Origin: Akkermansia muciniphila
Lineage (GTDB): Bacteria > Verrucomicrobiota > Verrucomicrobiia > Limisphaerales > SIBE01
Assembly (NCBI GenBank): GCA_945861765.1
Contig: CAMAWP010000005.1
Coordinates: 2,651-66,650 of the forward strand
Direction of reading: 5' to 3'
Length of the DNA stretch: 64,000 bases
Positions 1 to 9,417 of the stretch are shown piece by piece; the first letter of the stretch is position 1; every line of letters starts with the position of its first letter. The notes under the pieces are model-generated. The model made no database searches and was not told the origin of the DNA. It worked only from the letters and a program-made list of their open reading frames with translations. The position numbers were made by a program, and so were the translations under genes.

Positions 1-962
1 CGATATTCCCAGCGCGGCATGGAATCCACCACCAGCACCTTCAGAGTTTCCAGGCGCACCGCGATGCGAAAAGTCTGCTCGTTGTTTTCGGGAAGACTTT
101 CGTCGGGCTCGACCGGCAGCTTCAGCGTCAGCGTCCTTTCCCCGACGGCGCGCGGCGACCAGACAACAGCGTCTTGGAGTTCGCCATTAGCTGGGATGAC
201 GATCTCCTTCTTGGTTTCCTCAACCTTGGAATCAAGGAGCGAGATCACGGTTTTGACTTCACGTGGAAGGTGATTTCGGATTTTAAAAGGAATCGAGATC
301 TGCTCGCCGAACAAGCCATAGGAGGGAGCCGAAACGTTTTCGAGAATCAAGTCGGGCACTGGAGCTTCCCGTCCAATCGCCACGGAAAAAATAGGAATTT
401 GCTGCTCGCGAAACCGCGTCGCCGTCCCCACAGGGGATTTGCCAAGGTTCCAATCGCCGTCTGTTAGAACAAGGACTGCTTTCACATTCTTCTGGCGCTT
501 CAGAACGGTTTCCAACGCGAGATCGATGTCAGTGCCTTCTTCCACTTTGACCCCGGGAGCATTGGTGCTGTTGGGCGGGACGGCGAAGTCTTCGATGGTG
601 ACTTTGGCCGTTTTTTCCAAAGGCGCCCAGAATCGGGCCTTGCGTTTCTGCTCCAGCCAATCGGCCCTCGAAATCACGTTGCTCGATATCATGATGTCGC
701 GGGTCTTCATGCTGCCCGAAGCATCGTTCAGCACGACGATTTCCGGAGCCTCAGTCCGCTGCAACTGGCGCACGACCTCCGGGCGCAGCAGGCTGATGGC
801 AAGCAGTGTGATGAGAAGAAGGCGGAGGACCTCGAGGAACGCAACCACCTTGCGACGCCCGCTCCGCTGCCAGTTGGCCCAGCAAAGCCAGCCCGCCGCC
901 AGCCAGACGGCGACCCCCGCCATCAACACCGGAATAGAAACGGCAAATGACCACCGGCTCAT
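1..962 (-). CDS. vWA/MIDAS-type membrane protein, 3' end cut by the window edge (fourth gene of the MoxR/Bat-like operon)
   Basis: Absent from the ORF track because it runs off the window. My translation from ATG 962-960 gives MSRWSFAVSIPVLMAGVAVWLAAGW (TM)...EIVVLNDASGSMKTRD (DxSxS MIDAS-like)...VLVLTDGDWN. ATGA start/stop overlap with the upstream gene at 959-962. Confidence 0.6.
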   Translation of the reverse strand, partial: MSRWSFAVSIPVLMAGVAVWLAAGWLCWANWQRSGRRKVVAFLEVLRLLLITLLAISLLRPEVVRQLQRTEAPEIVVLNDASGSMKTRDIMISSNVISRADWLEQKRKARFWAPLEKTAKVTIEDFAVPPNSTNAPGVKVEEGTDIDLALETVLKRQKNVKAVLVLTDGDWNLGKSPVGTATRFREQQIPIFSVAIGREAPVPDLILENVSAPSYGLFGEQISIPFKIRNHLPREVKTVISLLDSKVEETKKEIVIPANGELQDAVVWSPRAVGERTLTLKLPVEPDESLPENNEQTFRIAVRLETLKVLVVDSMPRWEY

Positions 963-2977
963 GGGGCTGCCTCCTCAGCGCTCATTGAGGATGCGTTGGC
1001 CGCGGCGTCTCCTTGTTTCCGTGCCGCCGTCCGGCGTGCCGGGAGAATCAGGAATGCTTCCGTGAGCAAACACGCCAGCATCGCGAAAACGAAAATGCGC
1101 CAGAACTCACCTTGCAATGGGTCGCTAGGATTCCTGGTATCTTGGAACGCTTGAAAAGGCAGGTCGCCAAAAAGACGGCGGGGCACCTCTAAATCCACAA
1201 TCTCGGGGTCATCTTCCTGGGTTGGGCGATTTACAGCTAACAGGCGTTCGCCCGCACGATAAACACCCGCCTGAAGCCTGGCGTCCTTGAGACTCGTTGA
1301 ATCCACCGACACCCATCGAGCGCCCGCATCGGCCGTGGTCAATTCGCCAGCGCCGATCGATGTTTCCGGCTGCAAACGACGGCTCCCTGCTTGCATGAGA
1401 CGCTGCATCATCGGAACCAGGACCGGGCCATCACCCAAGCTCGACCATTCTTTCACGGGAAGCGAAGCGCAGAAGAATACCTCGCCGCGACCCACGGATT
1501 GCCTGGTCAAGAACGGGACGCCATCTTCGAGAGCCGCGAGCACGTTCTTCGCGCCGAGAATTAATTGCCGCCGATGAAATGCGACCTGAGATACCGGCAA
1601 GCTCATGCCTTCGTCGGTTTTAGCGAGCGGTCCCTGATCCTCATCCCAACGGAGTATTCGGTAAGTCTTTTCGCCAACGGCGCTCTGCACCTCTCCCCAA
1701 CCAAAGCCTGCGAACTGTTGGGCATCGGGACGGCCGGGAGGGAAGAAGAGCGCTACTCCGCCTTGTTGAACGAAGGATCGCACACGTTCTGCCGTGGCAC
1801 CGCCGGGCAAAGTCTCCTGCCATACCAGCAGCGTGCTATCGTCCCAATTCGCAGTTTCAAATTCAGAAGGCGATACGATTTGCACCCCCTGCTGCGAGCT
1901 ATTGGCTAACGCCCCGGCGGCGAACCTCAGATATTTGGCCCTCGCTGGATCACTGGTCACAAGGGTCGCTCGCGAAACCGTGTCCTGCCCATAGACAAAA
2001 TAGGCTGTATTATCACGGCGATTCGCATCCGCCGGAAGCGCGAAGGATCCCCAACCCCCGGATTTCTTGCCGCCAATATCGGCCTTATGCCGCCAGCGGA
2101 GAGCTTGTCCGTCCATGATCAATTCGAGCTGAGAGCGCGTTTCATCCAGGGTGAGATCGAGCGGAACGGGTTCGGTGGCCGTCAAATTGCGTTGCAGATC
2201 GGCCACGAAATGAAGTTCGCCCTTGTCAGCCCGCCGCCGTCGCGTGATTTCCTTCAGAGCAATCGACGTGTTGGACTCTTGACTCGGATCCATGGCCAGC
2301 AATCGCACCCGGACCCGTTGCGGCAATGAGCTCAGTTGTCCCGCCACAATCTTCCATCGAGCGTCCTCTGGCAGCCAATTGCTCCGCTGCAGATCCGATG
2401 CGATCCATATCTCCGCCGTCCCGGACTGGTTCTCGACCAGCCATTTCAGAGCGGCCTGAAACATGGCCGGAATATCCGCCGCAGTGTCCGTGGCCGCAGT
2501 CAACGAGAGCCCCGCCAGAGTGCCTGAATTAGAAATCTCCTGCGGCGTCCGAAACGCATTCTCGATGAGCACCAGATGGCTCGTCTCCTCGAACTTTTTC
2601 GCGGCTTCCGAAAAGAGCTTCAACGCCTGCTCGCGTCCGGTGATGGTGGTGCCCGCAATCTGCCTTTCCATGCTCGCCGAGCGATCCAATAAAATGAGAA
2701 TGACATCCGGAGCCGGCGAAAGAGCCCAACCAAGCCAGCCTCCAGCCAAGGGCCGGCTCAGAAAGAGAATCAACGTCAGGACAGCCAGCACCCGGAACAG
2801 AAGAATCAAGAACTGTCGCAATTTCGCATGGCTGATCGAACTGCGCGTGGCCGAAATCAGAAACCGCATCGCCGCCCATGGTTGAGGCCGATGCCGGAGC
2901 CGGTTGATCAAATGGATAATGATCGGCACCAGCACCAGAGGCAGCCCCCACAACACAATCGGCTGAAGAAAAGTCAT
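959..2977 (-). CDS. BatA-like N-terminal double-transmembrane / vWA-like protein
   Basis: 672-aa ORF. The N-terminus MTFLQPIVLWGLPLVLVPIIIHLINR is typical of the aerotolerance-regulator (BatA) N-terminal domain. It is followed by ILILLDRSASM (DxSxS) and has a C-terminal TM segment. Confidence 0.7.
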   Translation of the reverse strand: MTFLQPIVLWGLPLVLVPIIIHLINRLRHRPQPWAAMRFLISATRSSISHAKLRQFLILLFRVLAVLTLILFLSRPLAGGWLGWALSPAPDVILILLDRSASMERQIAGTTITGREQALKLFSEAAKKFEETSHLVLIENAFRTPQEISNSGTLAGLSLTAATDTAADIPAMFQAALKWLVENQSGTAEIWIASDLQRSNWLPEDARWKIVAGQLSSLPQRVRVRLLAMDPSQESNTSIALKEITRRRRADKGELHFVADLQRNLTATEPVPLDLTLDETRSQLELIMDGQALRWRHKADIGGKKSGGWGSFALPADANRRDNTAYFVYGQDTVSRATLVTSDPARAKYLRFAAGALANSSQQGVQIVSPSEFETANWDDSTLLVWQETLPGGATAERVRSFVQQGGVALFFPPGRPDAQQFAGFGWGEVQSAVGEKTYRILRWDEDQGPLAKTDEGMSLPVSQVAFHRRQLILGAKNVLAALEDGVPFLTRQSVGRGEVFFCASLPVKEWSSLGDGPVLVPMMQRLMQAGSRRLQPETSIGAGELTTADAGARWVSVDSTSLKDARLQAGVYRAGERLLAVNRPTQEDDPEIVDLEVPRRLFGDLPFQAFQDTRNPSDPLQGEFWRIFVFAMLACLLTEAFLILPARRTAARKQGDAAANASSMSAEEAAP

Positions 2978-3003
2978 GGTCTTAGCAAGGAGCTAGGCGG
3001 AGG

Positions 3004-3903
3004 CTAGGCGGCATAGCGGGCGCGCTCCACCAGGAAGTCCGCCAGAACTTTCCCGTACTCCTGGTCCGTGACCACTTGCCGGTAATCTGCCTTGAACTCG
3101 TGGCAGCCCTCCTTCAGCCGACCCAGAAAAGCGCGCAACTGCTGAAGGTATTCATCCCGGATCGTTGCCGGCTCAGTCACCAAACTGAACGAGCTTTCCA
3201 AATCCACGAAACGCACCGGACGATCGAATTGAAAATCCAGCTCCATCCGATCCAGCAGATGAAAAACGACCAGGTCATGCTTTTGAAATCGCAGGTGTTG
3301 AAAACAGTTCAACAACGCTTCGGGGTCGGCGAAGAAGTCAGAGAAGATGATCACCAAAGCGCGGCGTCGAACTTTCTCGGCTAGATCGTGCAACGCCGAG
3401 ATTAATCCAGTTTCACCGATAGGTTCGACCTTCCCTAACATTTCCAAAATGAGCTGAAGGTGCGCTGGATTGCGTCGGGGAGGAATCTCGAACACGGTTT
3501 TTTCTCCCACCGACAACAACCCAGCCGCGTCGCCCTGATGGACGATCAGATAGGCCAGCGTGGCGATCATCCGGCGGGCGTAATCCAGCTTGCTGCCGTG
3601 TTTTCCGCTAAAACGCATCGAGGCGCTGGAATCGAACACCATGTAGCATCGAAGATTTGTCTCGGCTTCAAACTCCTTCATGTAGAAGCGATCCGAGCGC
3701 GCAAAGACACGCCAGTCCAACCGACGCAGGTCATCTCCCGGCACGTAATTGCGGTATTCGGCGAATTCCACGCTCGAGCCCCGGTGAGGGCTCCTGTGCT
3801 GGCCGGAGACGGTGCCCTCCATGGGAAAGCGGGCCAAAAGAGGCTGGGCCATCAGTCGCGCGAGAACCTGTGCGTCCAGGTATTTTGCACTGGCTTCAGC
3901 CAC
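3004..3903 (-). CDS. DUF58 domain protein (vWA-like partner of MoxR)
   Basis: 299 aa. FAEYRNYVPGDDLRRLDWRVFARSDRFYMKEFEAE is the DUF58 signature, and MVFDSSASM is MIDAS-like. 8-nt overlap with the moxR stop. Confidence 0.85.
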   Translation of the reverse strand: MAEASAKYLDAQVLARLMAQPLLARFPMEGTVSGQHRSPHRGSSVEFAEYRNYVPGDDLRRLDWRVFARSDRFYMKEFEAETNLRCYMVFDSSASMRFSGKHGSKLDYARRMIATLAYLIVHQGDAAGLLSVGEKTVFEIPPRRNPAHLQLILEMLGKVEPIGETGLISALHDLAEKVRRRALVIIFSDFFADPEALLNCFQHLRFQKHDLVVFHLLDRMELDFQFDRPVRFVDLESSFSLVTEPATIRDEYLQQLRAFLGRLKEGCHEFKADYRQVVTDQEYGKVLADFLVERARYAA

Positions 3904-5023
3904 GTCGCGTCTCCGCTTGAATTTCCTTCAGGAGCCGGTCCACGATGACCGTGCTGGTGATCCCTTCGGACTGCGCCTGAAAATTGGTGAGAATGCGATG
4001 CGTCAAAACCGGTTGAGCGACTGCCTCCAGGTCTTCCATTCGCACAAGATAACTCCCCTGGAGCACCGCATGAGCTTTCGCCCCTCGGATCAGATATTGC
4101 ACAGCCCGCGGGCCTGCGCCCCAGGTGACCCACTTCTTGAGCCAGTCCGGCGCCTGCTCGGATCGTGGACGCGTGCGCCTCACCAGATCGACAGCCGTAT
4201 CATAAATGTGATCGGGGACTGGCACCCGCTGGACGACTTCCTGAAAGTGCAAGACTTCCGCTCCACTGATGAGCTTCTGCAACGGCGGGGGTGCCGCTCC
4301 CGTGGTCTCGCGCGCGATCCGCCGCTCCTCGTCCTGGTCCGGATAATCAACGTGAATGAAAAACATGAACCGATCCAGTTGCGCCTCCGGCAGGGAGTAA
4401 GTGCCCTCCTGTTCGATGGGATTTTGCGTCGCCAAAACAAAGAAGGGCGAAGGCAAAGAAAAGAAACGGCCTGCCACTGTGACCCGATGTTCCTGCATCG
4501 CTTCGAGAAGGGCGGATTGTGTTTTCGGCGGAGTTCGGTTGATTTCGTCTGCCAGGACGATGTTGGCAAAAACGGGCCCTTTAACGAATACGAATTCGCG
4601 CCGACCCGGCTGGTCGGTCTCTTGCAAGATATCCGTGCCAGTAATGTCCGAAGGCATCAGGTCCGGCGTGAATTGAACTCGGTTAAACTGCAATGACATG
4701 ACCTGGGCCAGCGAATTAACGATCGTCGTTTTCGCCAGCCCCGGAACTCCCATCAGCAGGGCATGGCCGCGCGCCAGAATGCAAATGAGCATTTTCTCGA
4801 TCACTTCCTTCTGGCCGATGATCACCTTGGCGAGCTCTACTCGCATGCTCTGATAGATTCGGCGTAGCTCATCAGTCGCCGCGACATCGTCTTGCGGAGG
4901 CGCGAGGGAAGTGGATGTGGGCGCTCCCGAGGGGTTCTTGTTCTTGGCAACGTGTGCCGCGTGTTGAGTCATATAAAAATGATTTGCTGCCTTAGTGAAG
5001 GCGACGCCGATCGATCCGGTCAA
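3896..5023 (-). CDS. MoxR-family AAA+ ATPase
   Basis: Walker A GVPGLAKT and Walker B/sensor region VLADEINRTPPKTQSALLEAMQE. The start may be the internal MTQHAAH at 4972. Confidence 0.9.
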   Translation of the reverse strand: MTGSIGVAFTKAANHFYMTQHAAHVAKNKNPSGAPTSTSLAPPQDDVAATDELRRIYQSMRVELAKVIIGQKEVIEKMLICILARGHALLMGVPGLAKTTIVNSLAQVMSLQFNRVQFTPDLMPSDITGTDILQETDQPGRREFVFVKGPVFANIVLADEINRTPPKTQSALLEAMQEHRVTVAGRFFSLPSPFFVLATQNPIEQEGTYSLPEAQLDRFMFFIHVDYPDQDEERRIARETTGAAPPPLQKLISGAEVLHFQEVVQRVPVPDHIYDTAVDLVRRTRPRSEQAPDWLKKWVTWGAGPRAVQYLIRGAKAHAVLQGSYLVRMEDLEAVAQPVLTHRILTNFQAQSEGITSTVIVDRLLKEIQAETRRG

Positions 5024-5196
5024 TAACAGACTTCAAGGCTACTCGAAAAATCGACGCTGCACCAAAGGGGGTGCCACATTTTCAGCGCTGGTCATTCTAT
5101 TCTCCTTTGGCCGTTTGAATTCATCCAGAGAGAAGGCCATTGGCTGAGTCGCGATTGCTTAATTCGAAGGCAGGGGAGCCGAGCAGAGACCACCCC

Positions 5197-5363
5197 GGAC
5201 TTCGCGCGCGCACCGAACCCTGAACCTACCCCTACACCCCTCCCAGGAGGGGAGCCTGCAACCGGCGCGGACTTCGCGCGCCCTGGGCGACTCTGAACCC
5301 ACCCCTACCCCTCCCAGGAGGGGAGCTTTGTCCGTTCCCCTCCTGGGAGGGGTAGGGGTGGGT
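5197..5363. repeat. GC-rich palindromic intergenic repeat cluster: two direct copies plus one inverted partial copy
   Basis: GGACTTCGCGCGC...GAACC(T/C)ACCCCTAC(A)CCCCTCCCAGGAGGGGAGC occurs at 5197-5255 and 5269-5326 (72-bp period). 5297-5323 is perfectly complementary to 5337-5363 (27-bp stem, 13-nt loop). Confidence 0.85.
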
Positions 5364-5378
5364 CGGTTCATGGAAAGG

Positions 5379-6260
5379 TCAAGTGGCGGGCACAAAACGC
5401 TGAAAGAGGAGAGCACTCACAAACAGGAGCAGGAAGATGAGCGCGGTCTGATGTGTTGCGTCCGCGATGGCCAAAAGATCCACAAGGCTTATACCCGCTA
5501 AAAGGCCAGAAACGGTGCGTCCGATATGACGAGCCGGCCCTCCAAACGTGTGGCGAAGGCATTTGATTATCCAAAGCACCAGAATGACGGAAAGTAAAAA
5601 CGCGCGGTCGCGGTAAGGGCCAGCATTCGCGATCATGGCCAGCAGAATAGGGGCGGCCAATAGACCGCAAGGCCAATATCGAAGCACACCTCTCAAGCTT
5701 TCCTGGCGAGCCAGGTAACTCAGCCCAACGATATAGGCCGCCAGCGCAAAAGCGCTCCATAGCGTCAGTCCGGTCACCCCTTCGATAGTTGTCGAGCCTG
5801 CCGCCAAATAAAGAAAGAAGCGGCACGCTGCCATCACAAGAGGCGAGAAAGTGATCAGTTTATGGACGGCATCGTAGAGAAGAATGCTGCCAGCAAGAAG
5901 CAGGGCTAGGATGGCCGTAGTATTCCCAAGAAGCGTCAGGCTAAAGCCACCAATGCTCAGGCCGGCAAATCCCCAAAACCAGACCCGCCCCAAGCTAATT
6001 GCCCCGGAAGGAATGGGCCGTTCCTTTCGGTGCTCCTTATCGAACTCGGCATCAAAAGCGTCGTTCAGGAACATTCCGCCGACGTATAAAAACGTGGCGC
6101 CAAAGCAAAGCAACGCAAGCCTCCCCAGCGGGCCGCCGCCGCCGAGCAGCCAACCCGCCAAACAGTTTGACCATACGGTGGGCAGGTTTGAGACGCGGCC
6201 CAACACAAGCAACGTTCGGAGTTCGCGGAGTGACGCAGTCAGGGCAAAAGGCATTTGCAA
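5379..6260 (-). CDS. UbiA-family prenyltransferase (polytopic membrane protein)
   Basis: 293 aa with multiple TM segments and the NDAFDAEFDKEH (NDxxDxxxD) motif. Confidence 0.8.
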   Translation of the reverse strand: MQMPFALTASLRELRTLLVLGRVSNLPTVWSNCLAGWLLGGGGPLGRLALLCFGATFLYVGGMFLNDAFDAEFDKEHRKERPIPSGAISLGRVWFWGFAGLSIGGFSLTLLGNTTAILALLLAGSILLYDAVHKLITFSPLVMAACRFFLYLAAGSTTIEGVTGLTLWSAFALAAYIVGLSYLARQESLRGVLRYWPCGLLAAPILLAMIANAGPYRDRAFLLSVILVLWIIKCLRHTFGGPARHIGRTVSGLLAGISLVDLLAIADATHQTALIFLLLFVSALLFQRFVPAT

Positions 6261-6590
6261 ATGAGGAAATCAGGAAGGCGAGAAAAAGCAATACGAGGCT
6301 GCGCCCCCAAATCAGCGCGTAAGGAAGTGGTGCGAAAAAGATCCGTCGCTGATTTTGTTTTGGGATCCGACCGGGGCGGCCGATCGCACCGGTTTGGGGT
6401 GATTTCGTGGGTTTCTGTGGGCGTTTGCGACACCTTCTGGTGCCGCGGTGGCTCGGGAGCTTCGCAGTCAAGAATCCTGCGCATCCGCTGCATTAGGTAC
6501 AGCGCTCAGCCGTGGCTCGCCAGATCAGTGGGGTTCCTGGATCAATCTGCCTGCCTTGACTTGAGTTTTCCGCTTCGTTACGGTCAAAAC

Positions 6591-7601
6591 ATGAATCGTT
6601 GGATTTTGCGTTTGGCCATTGTTTTGGCCTGTTTGGTTGTTCTTCCCCTTAACTCCCCGGCACCCTTGATCTATCGAGCTGGGGAAGGGTGGTCATACGA
6701 GCCGGTTGGGGGAGGCAAATGGGTTAAGACTCGGGCTAAGGATCAGCTCGACGTGGCTCAGAATGCTTTTGATCAAAAGGATTACAGTGTCGCTTTGAAG
6801 GCGGCCCGACGCACCGTCAAAACCTGGCCTTTATCGGATTATGCGCCTCAAGGGCAATATTTGCTGGCCAGGTGTTACGAAGCCAAAGGCCAGGACGAAA
6901 GAGCGTTCAAGGAGTATCAAAAAGTCCTTGAAAAATATCCGAAGGTGGCGAATTACCAGGAGATCATGAGCCGTCAGAATGCGATCGCGAATCGTTACTT
7001 GGCCGGACAATGGTTCAAGCTCTGGGGTTACATCCCATTTTTCCCCTCGATGGACAAGACTTCCGACATGTTTGAAAAGGTGATCAAGAATGGGCCGTAT
7101 AGCGAAATGGCGCCCCAGGCTCAGATGAACATTGGCTCGGCTCGCGAAAAGCAGTTGAGCTTTTTCAACCGAACAGAGCCCTACAAACAAGCGATCAAAG
7201 CTTATGAGCAGGCCGCTGATCGGTATCATTATCAGAAGGATGTGGCTGCCGATGCGCTGTTCAGGGCGGGAATGGCCTATTACAAACAGGCCAAGACGGC
7301 GGAGTACGATCAGAGCGTTGCTGGGCAGGCGATTGAAACCTTTACAGATCTGATGACGCTCTTTCCCAATGATCCGCGTCTGCCTGAGGTTCAGAAAATC
7401 ATTGAAGATCTTAAAACTGAGCAGGCGCGAGGCAGTCTCCACATCGCCCGCTTTTACGAGCAAAAAAGGCGGTGGGACGGCGCTCTGGTCTATTACAATG
7501 AAGTGGTGCGCAAAGATCCCAATTCCAAGTATGCCGAGGAAGCGAAGCAACGGATTGAGGCGCTGCAGAAACGATCGGAGCGAACCCCGGCCCAAAGATA
7601 A
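6591..7601 (+). CDS. bamD: Outer membrane protein assembly factor BamD-like TPR lipoprotein
   Basis: Start taken at MNRWILRLAIVLAC (signal peptide with a possible lipobox) rather than the track start at 6255. TPR-like repeats resemble the YfiO/BamD family throughout. Confidence 0.6.
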   Translation: MNRWILRLAIVLACLVVLPLNSPAPLIYRAGEGWSYEPVGGGKWVKTRAKDQLDVAQNAFDQKDYSVALKAARRTVKTWPLSDYAPQGQYLLARCYEAKGQDERAFKEYQKVLEKYPKVANYQEIMSRQNAIANRYLAGQWFKLWGYIPFFPSMDKTSDMFEKVIKNGPYSEMAPQAQMNIGSAREKQLSFFNRTEPYKQAIKAYEQAADRYHYQKDVAADALFRAGMAYYKQAKTAEYDQSVAGQAIETFTDLMTLFPNDPRLPEVQKIIEDLKTEQARGSLHIARFYEQKRRWDGALVYYNEVVRKDPNSKYAEEAKQRIEALQKRSERTPAQR

Positions 7602-7606
7602 AGCCA

Positions 7607-8119
7607 ATGCGTGCCGCTTTACTCCTCGGGAGTTGCTTGTTCGGTCTGGCCCTTTGCGGCTGTGTCGGCTATCGATTAGGTCCAACGAACGGACAGGTCG
7701 CGGGGAGTCGATCCATTCAAATCAATCCTTTTCAAAACGAGACGCTGGAGCCGCGTTTAGTTGAACCTGTTACCTCTGCCCTGCGAAAAAATATCCAACG
7801 GGATGGCACCTACCGCCTGAATACCCGAAACGAGGGCGAGATCATAGTGAATGGCCTCATCACTAACTATGACCGGTCTGGCTTGTCCTTTAACCCTCGC
7901 GATATTTTGACTCCGCGCGATTTTCAGGTGACTCTGACCGCAAAGATCAGTGCCATTGAGAGGAGCACGGGCAAGACGATTCTTGATCGAGAAGTCCTCG
8001 GACGAACCACGCTTCGAACGAGCGGTGATTTGGGGAGTGCTGAGCGGCAGGCCATTCCGCAGCTCGCCGATGACCTGGCTAAGAATGTCACTTCTCTGTT
8101 GGTGGATGGCACTTGGTAA
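7607..8119 (+). CDS. LptE-like LPS-assembly lipoprotein (tentative)
   Basis: 170 aa. Signal peptide plus lipobox LALCGC followed by VGYRLG. Size and position (5 bp after bamD) fit LptE. The family call rests on pattern only. Confidence 0.45.
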   Translation: MRAALLLGSCLFGLALCGCVGYRLGPTNGQVAGSRSIQINPFQNETLEPRLVEPVTSALRKNIQRDGTYRLNTRNEGEIIVNGLITNYDRSGLSFNPRDILTPRDFQVTLTAKISAIERSTGKTILDREVLGRTTLRTSGDLGSAERQAIPQLADDLAKNVTSLLVDGTW

Positions 8120-8183
8120 GTCGAGTGGGTCCCGAAAGATTTAGGTTTGGCTCGCGCTACAATTGGTGTTCAATCTCGGGTCT

Positions 8184-8564
8184 ATGAGCCAGACACATCC
8201 GCTAACAACGACAACTTTCGAGCTTCCGGGCTATCAAGTGATCAAGTCATTTGGGGTGGTGCGGGGGATCATTGTGCGATCACGCTCCATCATTGGAAAC
8301 ATCGGAGCCGGAATTCAAAGCCTCTTTGGTGGGAACATTTCTATTTACACAAGCTTGTGCGAGAGAGCCCGAGACGATGCCTTTCGCCAGATGCTGGCTC
8401 ATGCAGCGGAAGTCGGAGGTAACGCCGTGATCGGGGTAAGATACGATGCCACCGAGATCGGCAACGGCATTACAGAGGTTCTATGTTATGGAACTGCGGT
8501 GTTCGTGGAAACGGCCATCAATGAGAAGGTCGCCTCCTCCGTGAGGGCTGAACAACACAACTGA
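8184..8564 (+). CDS. YbjQ/UPF0145 family protein
   Basis: The sequence [33 protein letters not shown]...[16 protein letters not shown]...YGTAV matches the YbjQ family pattern. Start taken at MSQTHPL. Confidence 0.85.
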   Translation: MSQTHPLTTTTFELPGYQVIKSFGVVRGIIVRSRSIIGNIGAGIQSLFGGNISIYTSLCERARDDAFRQMLAHAAEVGGNAVIGVRYDATEIGNGITEVLCYGTAVFVETAINEKVASSVRAEQHN

Positions 8565-8585
8565 CAGTCACCAACTGTTTCGATT

Positions 8586-9323
8586 ATGGCAGGACATAGC
8601 AGATGGGCGAAAGTGAAGCACTTTAAAGGTGCCATCGATGCGAAACGGGGGCGGATTTTTGCCAAGTTATCCAAAGAAATTGCCATTATTACTCAGCAAG
8701 GCGGAGGTGATCCGGACATGAACCCCCGACTGCGAATGGTGTTGCTCAAATGCCGCGGCGCCAACATGCCCTCGGAGAATATTGAGCGCGCTATCAAGAA
8801 GGGAACCGGGGGTGGAGAAGGCGCCAGCTTTGAAGAGCAGACGTATGAAGTTTACGGCCCTCACGGAGCGGCCTTGCTCGTGGAACTCTCAACGGATAAC
8901 CGAAATCGCACCGCCTCGGAGATCCGCAGCTTGCTCACCAAACACGGCGGCACAATCGCCAGTTCTGGTTCCGTGACACGTTTGTTTCAACGGAAAGGAC
9001 AAATGATCATCCCGCGCGAGGCGGCCCAGGAAGACCAATTGATGGAGCTGGCCTTGGAGTCGGGTGCGGAAGATTTCAAAGCAGAACCCGAGGGATTCGA
9101 GATACTCACTGCCCCGTCGCAATTCGAGGCGGTCCATAAAATCGTGGAAGCAAAGGGAATTAAGTGCGAAGTGGCACAAATCACTTCGCTGCCCTTTTTG
9201 ACCGTGCCCTTGACAGATGCTGACAGCGCTGCCGCCGTTTCAAAGCTCATCGATGCATTGGAAGACCACGACGATGTGAAGGAAGTCTATACGAATGCGG
9301 AATTTCCCGCCGGAGCCGCGTAA
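8586..9323 (+). CDS. yebC: YebC/PmpR family DNA-binding transcriptional regulator
   Basis: N-terminus MAGHSRWAKVKHFKGAIDAKRGRIFAKLSKEI. 245 aa, the typical length. Confidence 0.95.
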   Translation: MAGHSRWAKVKHFKGAIDAKRGRIFAKLSKEIAIITQQGGGDPDMNPRLRMVLLKCRGANMPSENIERAIKKGTGGGEGASFEEQTYEVYGPHGAALLVELSTDNRNRTASEIRSLLTKHGGTIASSGSVTRLFQRKGQMIIPREAAQEDQLMELALESGAEDFKAEPEGFEILTAPSQFEAVHKIVEAKGIKCEVAQITSLPFLTVPLTDADSAAAVSKLIDALEDHDDVKEVYTNAEFPAGAA

Positions 9324-9417
9324 TGGCACACAACCCCTGGGGTCAACTTAACAGACGTTCGAAGCCGAGTTGATTGAGCGAAGCCTTCGAAACAATGATG
9401 TGGCAGCGTGAAAGCTG

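Noticed and set aside
439-1065. 208-aa plus-strand ORF at the window start
   Set aside because: The opposite strand encodes a continuous vWA/MIDAS membrane protein coupled by ATGA to the upstream gene. The plus-strand product is Arg/Ser-rich with no motif.
5297-5363. 27-bp hairpin as a canonical Rho-independent terminator of the UbiA gene
   Set aside because: No U-tract follows the stem on the minus strand (the downstream sequence is TCAGAGTCGCCC...). It may still pause or stabilise RNA, but it does not fit the intrinsic-terminator model.
5159-5416. 85-aa ORF (and similar ORFs 59534..59728, 61651..62265, 61847..62281)
   Set aside because: These are read-throughs of palindromic GC-rich repeats (for example PLLGGVGVG or PPEGGT..SPGFSR peptides). 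The same DNA is explained by hairpin repeat units, and there is no protein-like domain structure.
6255-6590. N-terminal 112-aa extension of the BamD-like ORF
   Set aside because: The extension is Arg-rich with no signal peptide. It overlaps the divergent UbiA start region. The internal start MNRWILRLAIVLAC at 6591 gives a proper signal/lipobox.
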